A DNA stretch of 44,567 bases, from the IMG/VR virus record IMGVR_UViG_3300012921_000063, positions 1 through 44,567 of that record; one strand, 5' to 3'. The notes below the pieces were generated by a model. It was not told where the DNA came from. It saw only the letters and a list, made by a program, of their open reading frames with translations, and searched no databases. The stretch comes from a virus. Lineage: Duplodnaviria; Caudoviricetes. Each line of letters opens with the position of its first letter. The first letter of the stretch is position 1. This document shows positions 1-8,011 of this stretch, piece by piece. A program made the translations under genes and the position numbers.

Positions 1-1365
1 ATGGGCAGGAATCTCGCCCGCAACGATCCCGACCGGTATCTCTCCAAGCTCTTCAGCGACAATTACTTCTACAAGCGACGCGTGCCCACGGCCGTGGCCG
101 CGCTCGACAGCCGCGCGCCGATCATCCGCATCGCGCTCAAGACCGACGACCTGGTGCTTGCACGCAAGAAGCGCGACATGCTCGAGGCGGCCGACGATGC
201 GCTCTGGGGATCGTTCCTCGAAGACGGCGTCACGGATCCGGCCCGCCGGCGCTACGAAGCGGCGGTGAAGCGCGTCGAGGCCTATGGCTTCCATTTCCAT
301 TCCTCGCAGGAGCTGCGCCGTTCCGGCTTCGTCGAGGTGCAGCGGCGCCTGCGCCAGGTCGACGAGAGCAGCACGCCCGACGTCGACTATCCGGCTCTGC
401 TCGGCATGGTCGACGTGCCGGCCACGACGATCACGCAGGCCTTCACCATGTACTGCGACGAGATCGTCGCGCCGGAACTGATCGCCAAGAGCGTGCCGCA
501 GCGCCGGCAGTGGCGGAAGGTGAAGCAGCGGGCGGTCAACAAGTTCGTCGAGCTCAACGGCGATCTCGCGATGGGCGACATCAATGCCGACCACGGCCGG
601 CGCGTCTACACCTACTGGCTGAAGCGCATCGCGCCGCAGGAGGGGCCGGCGACGGCCTCCGCCTCGTCTGGCAACCGCGACATCGGCAATCTGCGCGTGC
701 TCTACGAAGCGTATTTCCGGCACATGGGCGAGATGGATCGGCCGAATCCGTTCGCCGGCTTTGGCTTCGCCATCAAGATCAAGCGCACCCGGCCGACGAT
801 TCCCGCCGAATGGGTGAAGGATCGCGTGCTGAAGCTAGGCGCGCTCGCGACTATGAACGACGAGGCGCGCGGCATCCTGCTGATCATGATCGAAAGCGGC
901 GCCCGGCCGAGCGAGATCGCCAACCTCGATCCCGTGCAGTTCCGCCTGTCGCACAAGGTGCCGCACATCTCGATCGAGCCGCGGCTCGACCCGGAAAACC
1001 CGCGCGAGATCAAGACGGAATCATCCAGGCGCCTGGTGCCGCTGGTCGGCGTCGCGCTCGCCTCGGCGCAGCGTCATGCAGCCAAAGGTTTCCCGATGTA
1101 CAGGGACCGCGAGACGCAGCTTTCTGCGGCCATCAACAAGTTCATGCGCGCGAATTCGCTGCTGCCGACAAAAGCGCACACGCTCTATTCTTTCCGGCAT
1201 TCTTACGAAGATCGGATGAAGGAAGGCGACGTCGACGAGGAACTGCGGCGCATCCTGATGGGGCATGCGCTCGACCGGCCGCGCTACGGCAGCGGCGGCG
1301 GGCTCGCCTGGCGGCGCAAGCAGATGTTGAAGATCATGCTGCCGTTCGATCCGGCGATCGTGTGA
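1..1365 (+). CDS. int: Tyrosine recombinase / phage integrase (DUF6538-like N-terminus)
   Basis: Catalytic motifs GARPSE (R), IKT (K), YSFRH, LMGH and RYG (Y); N-terminal YFYKRRVP. Confidence 0.92.
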   Translation: MGRNLARNDPDRYLSKLFSDNYFYKRRVPTAVAALDSRAPIIRIALKTDDLVLARKKRDMLEAADDALWGSFLEDGVTDPARRRYEAAVKRVEAYGFHFHSSQELRRSGFVEVQRRLRQVDESSTPDVDYPALLGMVDVPATTITQAFTMYCDEIVAPELIAKSVPQRRQWRKVKQRAVNKFVELNGDLAMGDINADHGRRVYTYWLKRIAPQEGPATASASSGNRDIGNLRVLYEAYFRHMGEMDRPNPFAGFGFAIKIKRTRPTIPAEWVKDRVLKLGALATMNDEARGILLIMIESGARPSEIANLDPVQFRLSHKVPHISIEPRLDPENPREIKTESSRRLVPLVGVALASAQRHAAKGFPMYRDRETQLSAAINKFMRANSLLPTKAHTLYSFRHSYEDRMKEGDVDEELRRILMGHALDRPRYGSGGGLAWRRKQMLKIMLPFDPAIV

Positions 1366-1573
1366 GGCGGGCGCGCGCCGCGGCGAGCGCGGCCTCGGCG
1401 ACGCGCAGCTTCTCCAGCTCTTCCTCGAGCATCTGCCAGATCGGAAGATAAAGATCGGCGCGCTTGCCGGCCTTCACCATGTAGCGCGCCGTCATGTCCA
1501 GCCACCGCTCAAGGTCGGCGACCGTGACCGGTGGCAGGGGCCTTGTCGCCCAGCTCTGCTGGGGCTTTTTCAT
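1334..1573 (-). CDS. Small helical protein convergent on the integrase (possible recombination directionality factor)
   Basis: 79 aa; ATGA overlap with the upstream repeat gene; last gene of the leftward operon. Confidence 0.6.
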   Translation of the reverse strand: MKKPQQSWATRPLPPVTVADLERWLDMTARYMVKAGKRADLYLPIWQMLEEELEKLRVAEAALAAARARLTRSPDRTAA

Positions 1574-2868
1574 TCCACCTCGACCGGCTTGCCGTCGACC
1601 AGGCGGTACCAGACCATCGGCTTGATATCGGCGCGCCCGACGATGCCCGACCAGACGTTGCGGATCGTGCCTTCATAGGGCGAGCGCTCGACCAGGAAGA
1701 GGGCTGATCCTTCCTCGCCGCGCGCCTTGCCTTCGACGCCGGTCGCGCTCGCGGTCGAATGTTTTCCGGATGCGGTGGCAGCGCCTCCGACCCCCGATGC
1801 GGTGGCAGCGCCCTGCCAGCCGGATGCGGTGGCAGCGCCTCCGTAGCCCGATGCGGTGGCAGCGCCCTGCCAGCCGGATGCGGTGGCAGCGCCCCGCGTA
1901 CCCGATGCGGTGGCAGCGCCCTGCCAGCCGGATGCGGTGGCAGCGCCCTCTTCGCCGGATGCGGTGGCAGCGCCCCACGTGCCCGATGCGGTGGCAGCGC
2001 CCCGCGTGCCCGATGCGGTGGCAGCGCCCCACGTGCCCGATGCGGTGGCAGCGCCCCGCTCACCCGATGCGGTGGCAGCGCCCCGCTCACCCGATGCGGT
2101 GGCAGCGCCCTCTTCGCCGGATGCGGTGGCAGCGCCCCGCGTGCCTGATGCGGTGGCAGCGCCCTGCCAGCCGGATGCGGTGGCAGCGCCCTGGTCACCC
2201 GATGCGGTGGCAGCGCCCCACGTGCCCGATGCGGTGGCAGCGCCCTCTTCGCCGGATGCGGTGGCAGCGCCCCGCGTGCCCGATGCGGTGGCAGCGCCTC
2301 CGACCCCCGATGCGGTGGCAGCGCCCCACGTGCCCGATGCGGTGGCAGCGCCCTTCGTACCCGATGCGGTGGCAGCGCCCTGGTCACCCGATGCGGTGGC
2401 AGCGCCTCGATCGCGGGTGTTCTTGGCGCCTTCGCGCGCGCCCGTGGCAAAGTCGCCCTTCACCCAGGTGACGCGATCGAAGACGTATTTGATCGCGGCG
2501 GCAATCAGCTCGGGCAGGCGCAACTCGGCCTTGATCGTGATCTCGGCCGCGGCGATCTTCGTGTCGTCCCCCTGGCGCTTCGTCTCGCCGCCGAGCTCCA
2601 CCGTCGCATAGCGGCTCGTCGCCGGCGGATAATAGCGGAAGACGTTGAGCGGGTGCTCGCAGGCGTGGAAGCCGCCGGCCCCGCGGGCGATATCGTTGGC
2701 AGTGGGGCAACACACAACTTCGCCGGGGTGGGTGAATGTGCCTCCAATCGTGTACTGAAAGCCCTGGCATTTCAGGTCGGCGTCGAAGCCCTTGTAGGCG
2801 ATGATCGGGGCTGGCTTTTCGGCAGGCACGGCTTCGGCCTTCACGGCCGCCTTCGACTTGCGAGGCAT
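1570..2868 (-). CDS. Phage repeat protein: N-terminal AYKGFD..CxGFQY / GFHACEHPL domain (DUF7666-like) plus 24 x GAATASGxx repeats
   Basis: AAGGA upstream; non-repetitive N- and C-terminal domains (C-terminus IKPMVWYRLVDGKPVEVE) flank the repeat block. Confidence 0.85.
   Translation of the reverse strand: MPRKSKAAVKAEAVPAEKPAPIIAYKGFDADLKCQGFQYTIGGTFTHPGEVVCCPTANDIARGAGGFHACEHPLNVFRYYPPATSRYATVELGGETKRQGDDTKIAAAEITIKAELRLPELIAAAIKYVFDRVTWVKGDFATGAREGAKNTRDRGAATASGDQGAATASGTKGAATASGTWGAATASGVGGAATASGTRGAATASGEEGAATASGTWGAATASGDQGAATASGWQGAATASGTRGAATASGEEGAATASGERGAATASGERGAATASGTWGAATASGTRGAATASGTWGAATASGEEGAATASGWQGAATASGTRGAATASGWQGAATASGYGGAATASGWQGAATASGVGGAATASGKHSTASATGVEGKARGEEGSALFLVERSPYEGTIRNVWSGIVGRADIKPMVWYRLVDGKPVEVE
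1769..2408. repeat. Tandem array of 24 x 27-bp units (17-bp invariant core GATGCGGTGGCAGCGCC plus 10 variable bp)
   Basis: Read directly from the sequence; codes GAATASG plus a variable di-residue on the minus strand. Confidence 0.95.
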
Positions 2869-2872
2869 CGCT

Positions 2873-3055
2873 CTAATCTTTCCGTTGCTTGAGGGGTTTC
2901 ACTTCGTCGCAGATGCGCGGGTACTGGCGCTTCCAGCGCTCCGGCCACTCGGTTTTCAGAACGTCGAGGTAGATTTCGGCATGGCAGGGAGCACTGCAGC
3001 CGACGACGGGATTCCACGTCGCATCGGTCCACTCGATCGCGGTGTTGTCAGCCAT
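2873..3055 (-). pseudogene. Probable deletion fusion of a Gp37/Gp68 (DUF5131) N-terminus to the C-terminus of another phage protein
   Basis: MADNTAIEWTDATWNPVVGCS is the typical DUF5131 start, but the ORF is only 60 aa and continues as PCHAEIYL (resembles the DUF4326-type C-terminal PCH motif). Confidence 0.65.
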
Positions 3056-3302
3056 TGCCGGGTACCTCGCCGACGTCGAGCATCACCGGAGGGTGCGACG
3101 TACCGATGATGCGGAGGATGACGGGTGCGCCGGCGACTATCGCGGCGATCTCCCTCGGCGTGGGCAGCCAAGCCGTTTCCATCGCGGGCGTGTCCGGTCC
3201 CGTGACCGTGTCGTTGATGATTACGTCGCGCAACGGCAGGCCAAGGTAGCCCTGGCTCTTGCCAAGCACGCGCGTGCAACCTTCGATGCGGCCGATCTGC
3301 AT
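3048..3302 (-). CDS. Phage hypothetical protein (MQIGRIEGCTRVLGKSQGYLGLP...)
   Basis: TGATG coupling to the upstream gene; protein-like composition. Confidence 0.75.
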   Translation of the reverse strand: MQIGRIEGCTRVLGKSQGYLGLPLRDVIINDTVTGPDTPAMETAWLPTPREIAAIVAGAPVILRIIGTSHPPVMLDVGEVPGNG

Positions 3303-3613
3303 CAGGCGCTCCCTTCGGCAATGCCGTGGCGCAGCGACCAATCCTTGATGAAGACATCAAGCTCGGTCTGGATGAGCGTGAGACGTTTCAGGTCGCGCTC
3401 GGTGGGCTCGTCGCCGGGGTCGAGCACGGTCATGATCGACGAGAACAGGTGTGCCGCTCCGGCGAAGAATGCGGCGCGGGTGTCGTCGAGCTGGTCGGCT
3501 GGCGCGTCGAGAGGTATCGCGGCGAGGCGGAGCCCGACCCAGCCGGCCTCGATCAGTTTGCCCTGATCGTTCAGTTCGCGGGTCAGCCGCTCCAGATAGG
3601 CGCGATCAGCCAT
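3302..3613 (-). CDS. Hypothetical protein (MADRAYLERL...RAAFFAGA)
   Basis: Overlapping operon arrangement; AFFAGA motif recurrent in small phage proteins. Confidence 0.75.
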   Translation of the reverse strand: MADRAYLERLTRELNDQGKLIEAGWVGLRLAAIPLDAPADQLDDTRAAFFAGAAHLFSSIMTVLDPGDEPTERDLKRLTLIQTELDVFIKDWSLRHGIAEGSA

Positions 3614-3806
3614 CGACATGGTCCTCGCCGTCGAGCTGGAAGAAGAAGCGGCCGCCATTGTCGTCGACGTGGACAGCGGTGCGGCAGGTCGAGCACTGGA
3701 AGCGCTCGGAGCCGGCCATGTGCGTGCCGGGCAGGCCGTGGGCGGTGTCGTGCAGGTGCTCGAACTCGCGCGGGCCGTGGCAGATTTGGCAATGGGCCGA
3801 GATCAT
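3606..3806 (-). CDS. Small putative zinc-ribbon protein (CxxC...CxxC)
   Basis: MISAHCQICH...FQCSTC; ATGA coupling. Confidence 0.6.
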   Translation of the reverse strand: MISAHCQICHGPREFEHLHDTAHGLPGTHMAGSERFQCSTCRTAVHVDDNGGRFFFQLDGEDHVDG

Positions 3807-4111
3807 CGCAGTGGCTCCGGCAAGCCGTTGCGGCGGGCGTGATCGCGGCGGAGGAAAAGCGGCACTACGTCGATCAGGTCGAAGCCGGGATCGACGTAGG
3901 CGCGATCGAGGACGGGAGCGGGAACGATCTCCGCTGCGGCCGCACCGAAGACCTGCGGCTCGCACAACGCATTCAGCAGCGCGCAGAGCTGATCGCGGTC
4001 GCTGACCTCGATCTTCTCTATCGCCGACGGCGGCAGGTGAACCGCCTTGCGATAGGTATCGGCGAGTTCCTTCTTCGAGAACCAGTGGCGGCCGACGTTG
4101 TAGACGATCAT
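3803..4111 (-). CDS. Hypothetical protein (MIVYNVGRHWFSKK...)
   Basis: ATGA overlaps at both ends. Confidence 0.7.
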   Translation of the reverse strand: MIVYNVGRHWFSKKELADTYRKAVHLPPSAIEKIEVSDRDQLCALLNALCEPQVFGAAAAEIVPAPVLDRAYVDPGFDLIDVVPLFLRRDHARRNGLPEPLR

Positions 4112-4275
4112 GGGCTTACTCCGAGCAGGTACATGGCACCCATGCCGAGGATGGCGGCGATCAGAAGCGCGCCGATCATCCTGGCCATGAAGCGCCGGCC
4201 GGCCGGTTCCGGGTGCATGGCGCAGGCGCATTGGGCGCAATGGCACTCGGGCCAGAGATGGCAGGGCTCGCGCAT
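4108..4275 (-). CDS. 55-aa Cys-rich membrane peptide
   Basis: Hand translation MREPCHLWPECHCAQCAC...MIGALLIAAILGMGAMYLLGVSP; coupled at both ends; too short for the ORF track. Confidence 0.55.
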   Translation of the reverse strand: MREPCHLWPECHCAQCACAMHPEPAGRRFMARMIGALLIAAILGMGAMYLLGVSP

Positions 4276-4382
4276 CACGAAATCCCTGCGAGGAAGAGCG
4301 CGCCGCCGATCACGAAAGCGGCGGCGGTGAGCAGCGACGCGAGGTCCTGCGCTAGGTCGAGCAGGTCGCGCATGTCACGCAT
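4275..4382 (-). CDS. 35-aa hydrophobic peptide
   Basis: MRDMRDLLDLAQDLASLLTAAAFVIGGALFLAGIS; TGATG coupling downstream. Confidence 0.45.
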   Translation of the reverse strand: MRDMRDLLDLAQDLASLLTAAAFVIGGALFLAGIS

Positions 4383-4605
4383 CGGCCTTCTCCATCGGAG
4401 ATGCAGCCGCCGGCGACAGCGCGTTGTCGATCAGATCGCGAAGCTTGAGCATGTCGACGCGGGACAGGTAGGCGCGAGCGCTGAAGCCTTCCCCGTCAAT
4501 CGAGAGCGAATGCTCCGCGATGCGACCGCCTGACCAGATCGTCAGTGTGATCCTTGGATGTGCCTGTGGCGAGAGATCGCCCACCTGCCTCAGATTCGAG
4601 CGCAT
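4375..4605 (-). CDS. Hypothetical protein (MRSNLRQVGDL...)
   Basis: GAGG RBS; fills the operon. Confidence 0.6.
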   Translation of the reverse strand: MRSNLRQVGDLSPQAHPRITLTIWSGGRIAEHSLSIDGEGFSARAYLSRVDMLKLRDLIDNALSPAAASPMEKADA

Positions 4606-4607
4606 GA

Positions 4608-5030
4608 TCAGGCCGCCTCGGCAAGCTCGCCGCGTGCGTGCGCGGTGGCGCGGTCGGCGGCGTCGATGCCGTGCTTCTCGATCTCGGCGCTGGTGAACCC
4701 GGCCTGGCGGAGCGCCTGCGCATCGACGATGCGGCCGTTGGCCGCCAGCTCGATCATCGTCTCGGCCATGCGCTCGGGCACGGTCTTGGCGACCGGACGC
4801 GGCTGGCTCTCGACGAACGCGGCCGTGGCGATGGTGAAGGCCTGCGCCGCGCCGCCGCCGAGGCGATGAAAGCCGCGCGCCTTCAGGTCGCGCTTCAATG
4901 CGGCGACGTCTTCCGGCTCCATGTCGCGGTTGAGCGCAAGCAGCCGCCGCAGCGCGCCGCTCCACTCGGCCTTCTCAGGCAGAGGCAGTTCGTGGCCGGC
5001 AAAGACCTGGATGCTGGTGAGGGGATTCAC
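4608..5030 (-). CDS. First gene of the leftward early operon, hypothetical
   Basis: GTG start with GGAG RBS just downstream of OL/PL. Confidence 0.7.
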   Translation of the reverse strand: MNPLTSIQVFAGHELPLPEKAEWSGALRRLLALNRDMEPEDVAALKRDLKARGFHRLGGGAAQAFTIATAAFVESQPRPVAKTVPERMAETMIELAANGRIVDAQALRQAGFTSAEIEKHGIDAADRATAHARGELAEAA

Positions 5031-5068
5031 GATTTCGCTCCATCGAACGGGTTTCGATGGAGTGATAT

Positions 5069-5116
5069 TTGCCAGATGGCAAACTATTTGACAAGTGGCA
5101 ATTTGCCATTTGGCTT
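5069..5116. promoter_or_regulatory. OL: three 14-bp operators (consensus TTGCCA-NN-TGGCAA) overlapping the leftward promoter PL
   Basis: ttgccagatggcaa 5069-5082, ttgacaagtggcaa 5088-5101, ttgccatttggctt 5103-5116; same consensus as OR. Confidence 0.85.
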
Positions 5117-5855
5117 AGAAGCGCAGATTGAAGCCCAGTTTGACGAGGTGGGCGTAGCGCCCGACGTCGACACTAAACCCATCAGCGATGGATACGCTCT
5201 GATTGCCGAGATCCAGGATGCCGTACTCCCCTCTGATCGCAAGCGCATCTGTGATGGCGTATTCCAGGCCAAGGGCTCCCGCCCACGACACGACGGTCGA
5301 ACGGCGCGCTTTGCCGCCTTCGTGTGACGCGACTGACGAGTTTAGATAGTTGTAAGTGTAGCCGCGATAGAGCACGACCGTGGAAACCCTCGCGACGGCA
5401 ATGCCGGCCGCGGCGTAGAGCAGCATCCGACCTTCGCTCAACCCCATGCGTGCGGTAACAGAGCCGTAGCCGTCGATCGACGTTGCTACTCTTACGTTAT
5501 GCAAGCGCTGCAGGATCAGAGTTGGAGCATCTTGCTCCAACAACGCCCCGGTCGAAAAGGACCCCGTCCTTAAGGCGGCCGCCTCGACCTCAAAGCCTCC
5601 AAAAAAACGATGGGCTACTGGCCAGAGGTAGCCAGCTTGCAACCCGCCTCCTAAGCCGCTTTCGTGCTCACCGAAGCTGTGATCAATATTTGTTGTCCGG
5701 TGGGGAAATTGCGCGCCAGAAAATTCGAAAATGTGGCCTATGCCGCCGGGCGCAAACTGGCCATTCGCGCCTACATAGAAGCCAGACCAATCGAAGTCGT
5801 CGGCCATCACCGGGCTCGCAAGCAATGCAGTTGCAAGACCTACGACTAAGTGCAC
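5115..5855 (-). CDS. Outer membrane beta-barrel protein (Omp25/RopB-like), co-transcribed with cI
   Basis: Signal peptide ..LLASPVMA-DD, DWSGFYVG, GLQAGY, WAGALGLEYA, terminal FNLRF; GTG at 5855 overlaps the cI TAG with a GGAGAGG RBS (ORF-track start 5876). Confidence 0.85.
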   Translation of the reverse strand: MHLVVGLATALLASPVMADDFDWSGFYVGANGQFAPGGIGHIFEFSGAQFPHRTTNIDHSFGEHESGLGGGLQAGYLWPVAHRFFGGFEVEAAALRTGSFSTGALLEQDAPTLILQRLHNVRVATSIDGYGSVTARMGLSEGRMLLYAAAGIAVARVSTVVLYRGYTYNYLNSSVASHEGGKARRSTVVSWAGALGLEYAITDALAIRGEYGILDLGNQSVSIADGFSVDVGRYAHLVKLGFNLRF

Positions 5856-6538
5856 TATCCTCTCCACTGAAACCACGCGACCACCCTCCCGTAGACTCGC
5901 ACATCTTCGCGCAGCAGCTCGTCGGAGCCGTAGCGCTCGTTGTCCGACATGATCATGATCTTGTCGGTGCGAGGGATCATCTTCACGCGTTTGATCATCA
6001 GGCCGTCGCCATAGTCGAGCGCATAGATGTCTTCTGGCGACGGCACAGTGTGCGTCGTGTCGACGAAGACGTAGGACCCATTTTTCAGCGTCGGCTCCAT
6101 GCTGTCGCCGGTGACCGGCATGGCATATACCTTTTGTAGCTTCCGCCAGCCGGCCTTCACCGCATCCGGGAAACTCCAGAAACCATCCGAATAGTCGGAA
6201 AAGACCTCGCCTTCCTGGTTAGTCTGGACGCTCAGCGCGCCGCCCGGACCCATGCCGGCATGGATAGTGAAGTTAGGGATATCGCCTTTCTTCCGTGGGT
6301 GATTGCCAAATACGGCGAGGCCTTTTGCCTGCTCAAGGTCGGCAGCGTCGAACTCGTCGCTGACCTCTTCCGGCTCGACTCCTAGGGCGCGAGCGATCCT
6401 TATGACCGACTCAAGGCTGAGCCCGCGGGAGCCGCTCTCCATGCGCGACAGGTGGCTCGTCGAGATGCCGGTCAACTCCGCCAGCTGTTCGATCGTCATG
6501 TCGCGTTTTTTGCGCAAGGCGCGGATTTGGTTGGCCAT
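5855..6538 (-). CDS. cI: CI-like repressor (XRE HTH plus S24 autoprotease)
   Basis: HTH IRALRKKRDMTIEQLAELTGISTSHLSRMESG; AG cleavage-type site (HAGMG); VTGDSMEP (Ser) and IKRV (Lys). Confidence 0.93.
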   Translation of the reverse strand: MANQIRALRKKRDMTIEQLAELTGISTSHLSRMESGSRGLSLESVIRIARALGVEPEEVSDEFDAADLEQAKGLAVFGNHPRKKGDIPNFTIHAGMGPGGALSVQTNQEGEVFSDYSDGFWSFPDAVKAGWRKLQKVYAMPVTGDSMEPTLKNGSYVFVDTTHTVPSPEDIYALDYGDGLMIKRVKMIPRTDKIMIMSDNERYGSDELLREDVRVYGRVVAWFQWRG

Positions 6539-6549
6539 GGTGCTGTTAT

Positions 6550-6622
6550 TCGCCAATTGGCAAAAACGCGCCACCGCCAGCTGGCAATTTGCCAATTGAC
6601 AAATCAATTTGCCGCGTGGCAA
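6550..6622. promoter_or_regulatory. OR: four 14-bp operators between cI and cro; TTGACA at 6596-6601 (PR -35)
   Basis: tcgccaattggcaa 6550-6563, ccgccagctggcaa 6574-6587, ttgccaattgacaa 6589-6602, ttgccgcgtggcaa 6609-6622. Confidence 0.88.
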
Positions 6623-6633
6623 GCATTGCGGCC

Positions 6634-6846
6634 ATGACGCTCGCCGGCTTTCTCGAAAAGCAAGGAATCAAGCCCTCGGTCTTCGCCGACAGCCTCGGCG
6701 TCGCACCGTCAACGATCCTTCGCATCATCAATCGGGAGCGGCTTCCTGGCCTCGAGCTGGCCCTCCAGATTCGAGAAGCGACCGGCGGACTGGTCCAGCC
6801 CGATGACTTTCTCACGGAACCCGAACCGGCCGAGGTCCACCCATGA
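6634..6846 (+). CDS. cro: Cro-like HTH regulator
   Basis: Divergent from cI; MTLAGFL...FADSLGVAPSTILRIINRERLP...ATGGLVQPDDF. Confidence 0.88.
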   Translation: MTLAGFLEKQGIKPSVFADSLGVAPSTILRIINRERLPGLELALQIREATGGLVQPDDFLTEPEPAEVHP

Positions 6847-6880
6847 CGGTTCGGCACGCTCACCATGAGGGGAGGTCTCA

Positions 6881-7084
6881 TTGGACACCGCACATTATCT
6901 GCGCTGGCGCGGCCGGCGGATTGTCGGCGGCGACGACTATCCCGAGGGGATCGCGCGGCAGGACAGGCGGCTCGTCTCGGTGTCCTACGACTTTCGTCGC
7001 CGCAAGGCCTGGCAACGTCAGCAGGCCGGCCGCTTCCCCGTCAATAGCCCTTATCGGGGTAGAGCATATCGCTCGGTGCAATAG
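6881..7084 (+). CDS. Possible 67-aa basic protein (alternative frame after cro)
   Basis: TTG start preceded by a strong GGAGGT. Confidence 0.35.
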   Translation: MDTAHYLRWRGRRIVGGDDYPEGIARQDRRLVSVSYDFRRRKAWQRQQAGRFPVNSPYRGRAYRSVQ

Positions 7085-7385
7085 GGTAGGGCTGTACGGT
7101 TCGAATGACCGCGCCTTCCTCAAGATCGGACAGCGCGATGTACACAGCTTCGCGCAGCGATTCGACCGTGTCGTAAATTCCGGAAGCGCGATCGCGAAGC
7201 AGATCGGTCTGTCGTTCGCGCGCTTCCTTCTCGGCATCTTCGGAGAGACGCTTGACGTGGTTGTCGACAATGACCATCGCCCGCTCCGGCAGTTGCGTGA
7301 CAACCGCTTCCAAGGTGCCCCGCAAGGCTTCGAGCACGCCAGCAAGGTAGGCGGGGCGAAGTTGATGCTCCTCAAGATCGGCCAT
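7041..7385 (-). CDS. Antisense accessory gene, helical hypothetical protein
   Basis: AAGGA RBS; amphipathic helical composition. Confidence 0.65.
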   Translation of the reverse strand: MADLEEHQLRPAYLAGVLEALRGTLEAVVTQLPERAMVIVDNHVKRLSEDAEKEARERQTDLLRDRASGIYDTVESLREAVYIALSDLEEGAVIRTVQPYPIAPSDMLYPDKGY

Positions 7386-7486
7386 GGCCGTGATTCCTTT
7401 TCGTTTCGACAGACCAATTGGAAATCACGCCACGGCCGGAAGCAAGCGGAGCGTCGGGAACGGCGCTCCGCTTGTGGAGAACGGGC

Positions 7487-8011
7487 ATGAGGCCGATCCC
7501 GCGCTCGCAGCATGTCGCCTACAAGGCCCGCCGCTTCTGCGGCGTGCCGGAACCCGACTTCATCGATCCCGTAGCGAAAGCATCCGCGGACAACGCTGGC
7601 ACCGGCGCCGAGAACAGAGGCGCCACCGCCAGGGCGGGAGATGCGAGTAGGCCGCATGGGGCGGACCATGCACGGGGGACGCCACCTGCTATCAGGCGTG
7701 ACGGCTCGGAGAGACGAGCACCCGATTCCCGCGCCAGCATCCTCCCCTGGGATCGCGCGGCGGCGCAGTGCCCTGACCGGCCCAGCTGCGCCATGGGCGA
7801 AGGCGCTCGAACGCCTTCGCCCGCCCTGTTCACCGACGACGGCGACCTGACCGACGTCCCGCCCTTCATCCGCGCGAACGTCTCGCGCTTCGGTGTTGAT
7901 CATGCCTCGCGCGCCGCAGGCGCTCCGGCAGGGCGCGGCATAAGCCGCGACGGCCGGTCGGCCTTGCGGGCTGCGCCCGACGAATCTCACAAACGTTGCG
8001 GCAGACCATGA
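7487..8011 (+). CDS. Hypothetical protein
   Basis: ATGA start with GGAG upstream; low-complexity sequence. Confidence 0.35.
   Translation: MRPIPRSQHVAYKARRFCGVPEPDFIDPVAKASADNAGTGAENRGATARAGDASRPHGADHARGTPPAIRRDGSERRAPDSRASILPWDRAAAQCPDRPSCAMGEGARTPSPALFTDDGDLTDVPPFIRANVSRFGVDHASRAAGAPAGRGISRDGRSALRAAPDESHKRCGRP

Larger units (their letters stand above)
6843..7490 (+). other. Sense 'bridge' ORF 1 (215 codons) coupled to cro and to the ORF at 7487; coding status uncertain
   Basis: ATGA overlaps at 6843-6846 and 7487-7490; in register with the antisense gene 7041-7385. Confidence 0.35.

Noticed and set aside
1769-2408. CRISPR array
   Set aside because: Variable parts are only 10 bp and recur, the period is exactly 9 codons inside an ORF, and no cas genes are present
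1509-2611. Other-frame repeat ORFs (ALPPH, RCGGS, MRWQR, PDAVAAP)
   Set aside because: By-products of a stop-free 27-bp repeat; only the GAATASG frame has proper flanking domains and operon coupling
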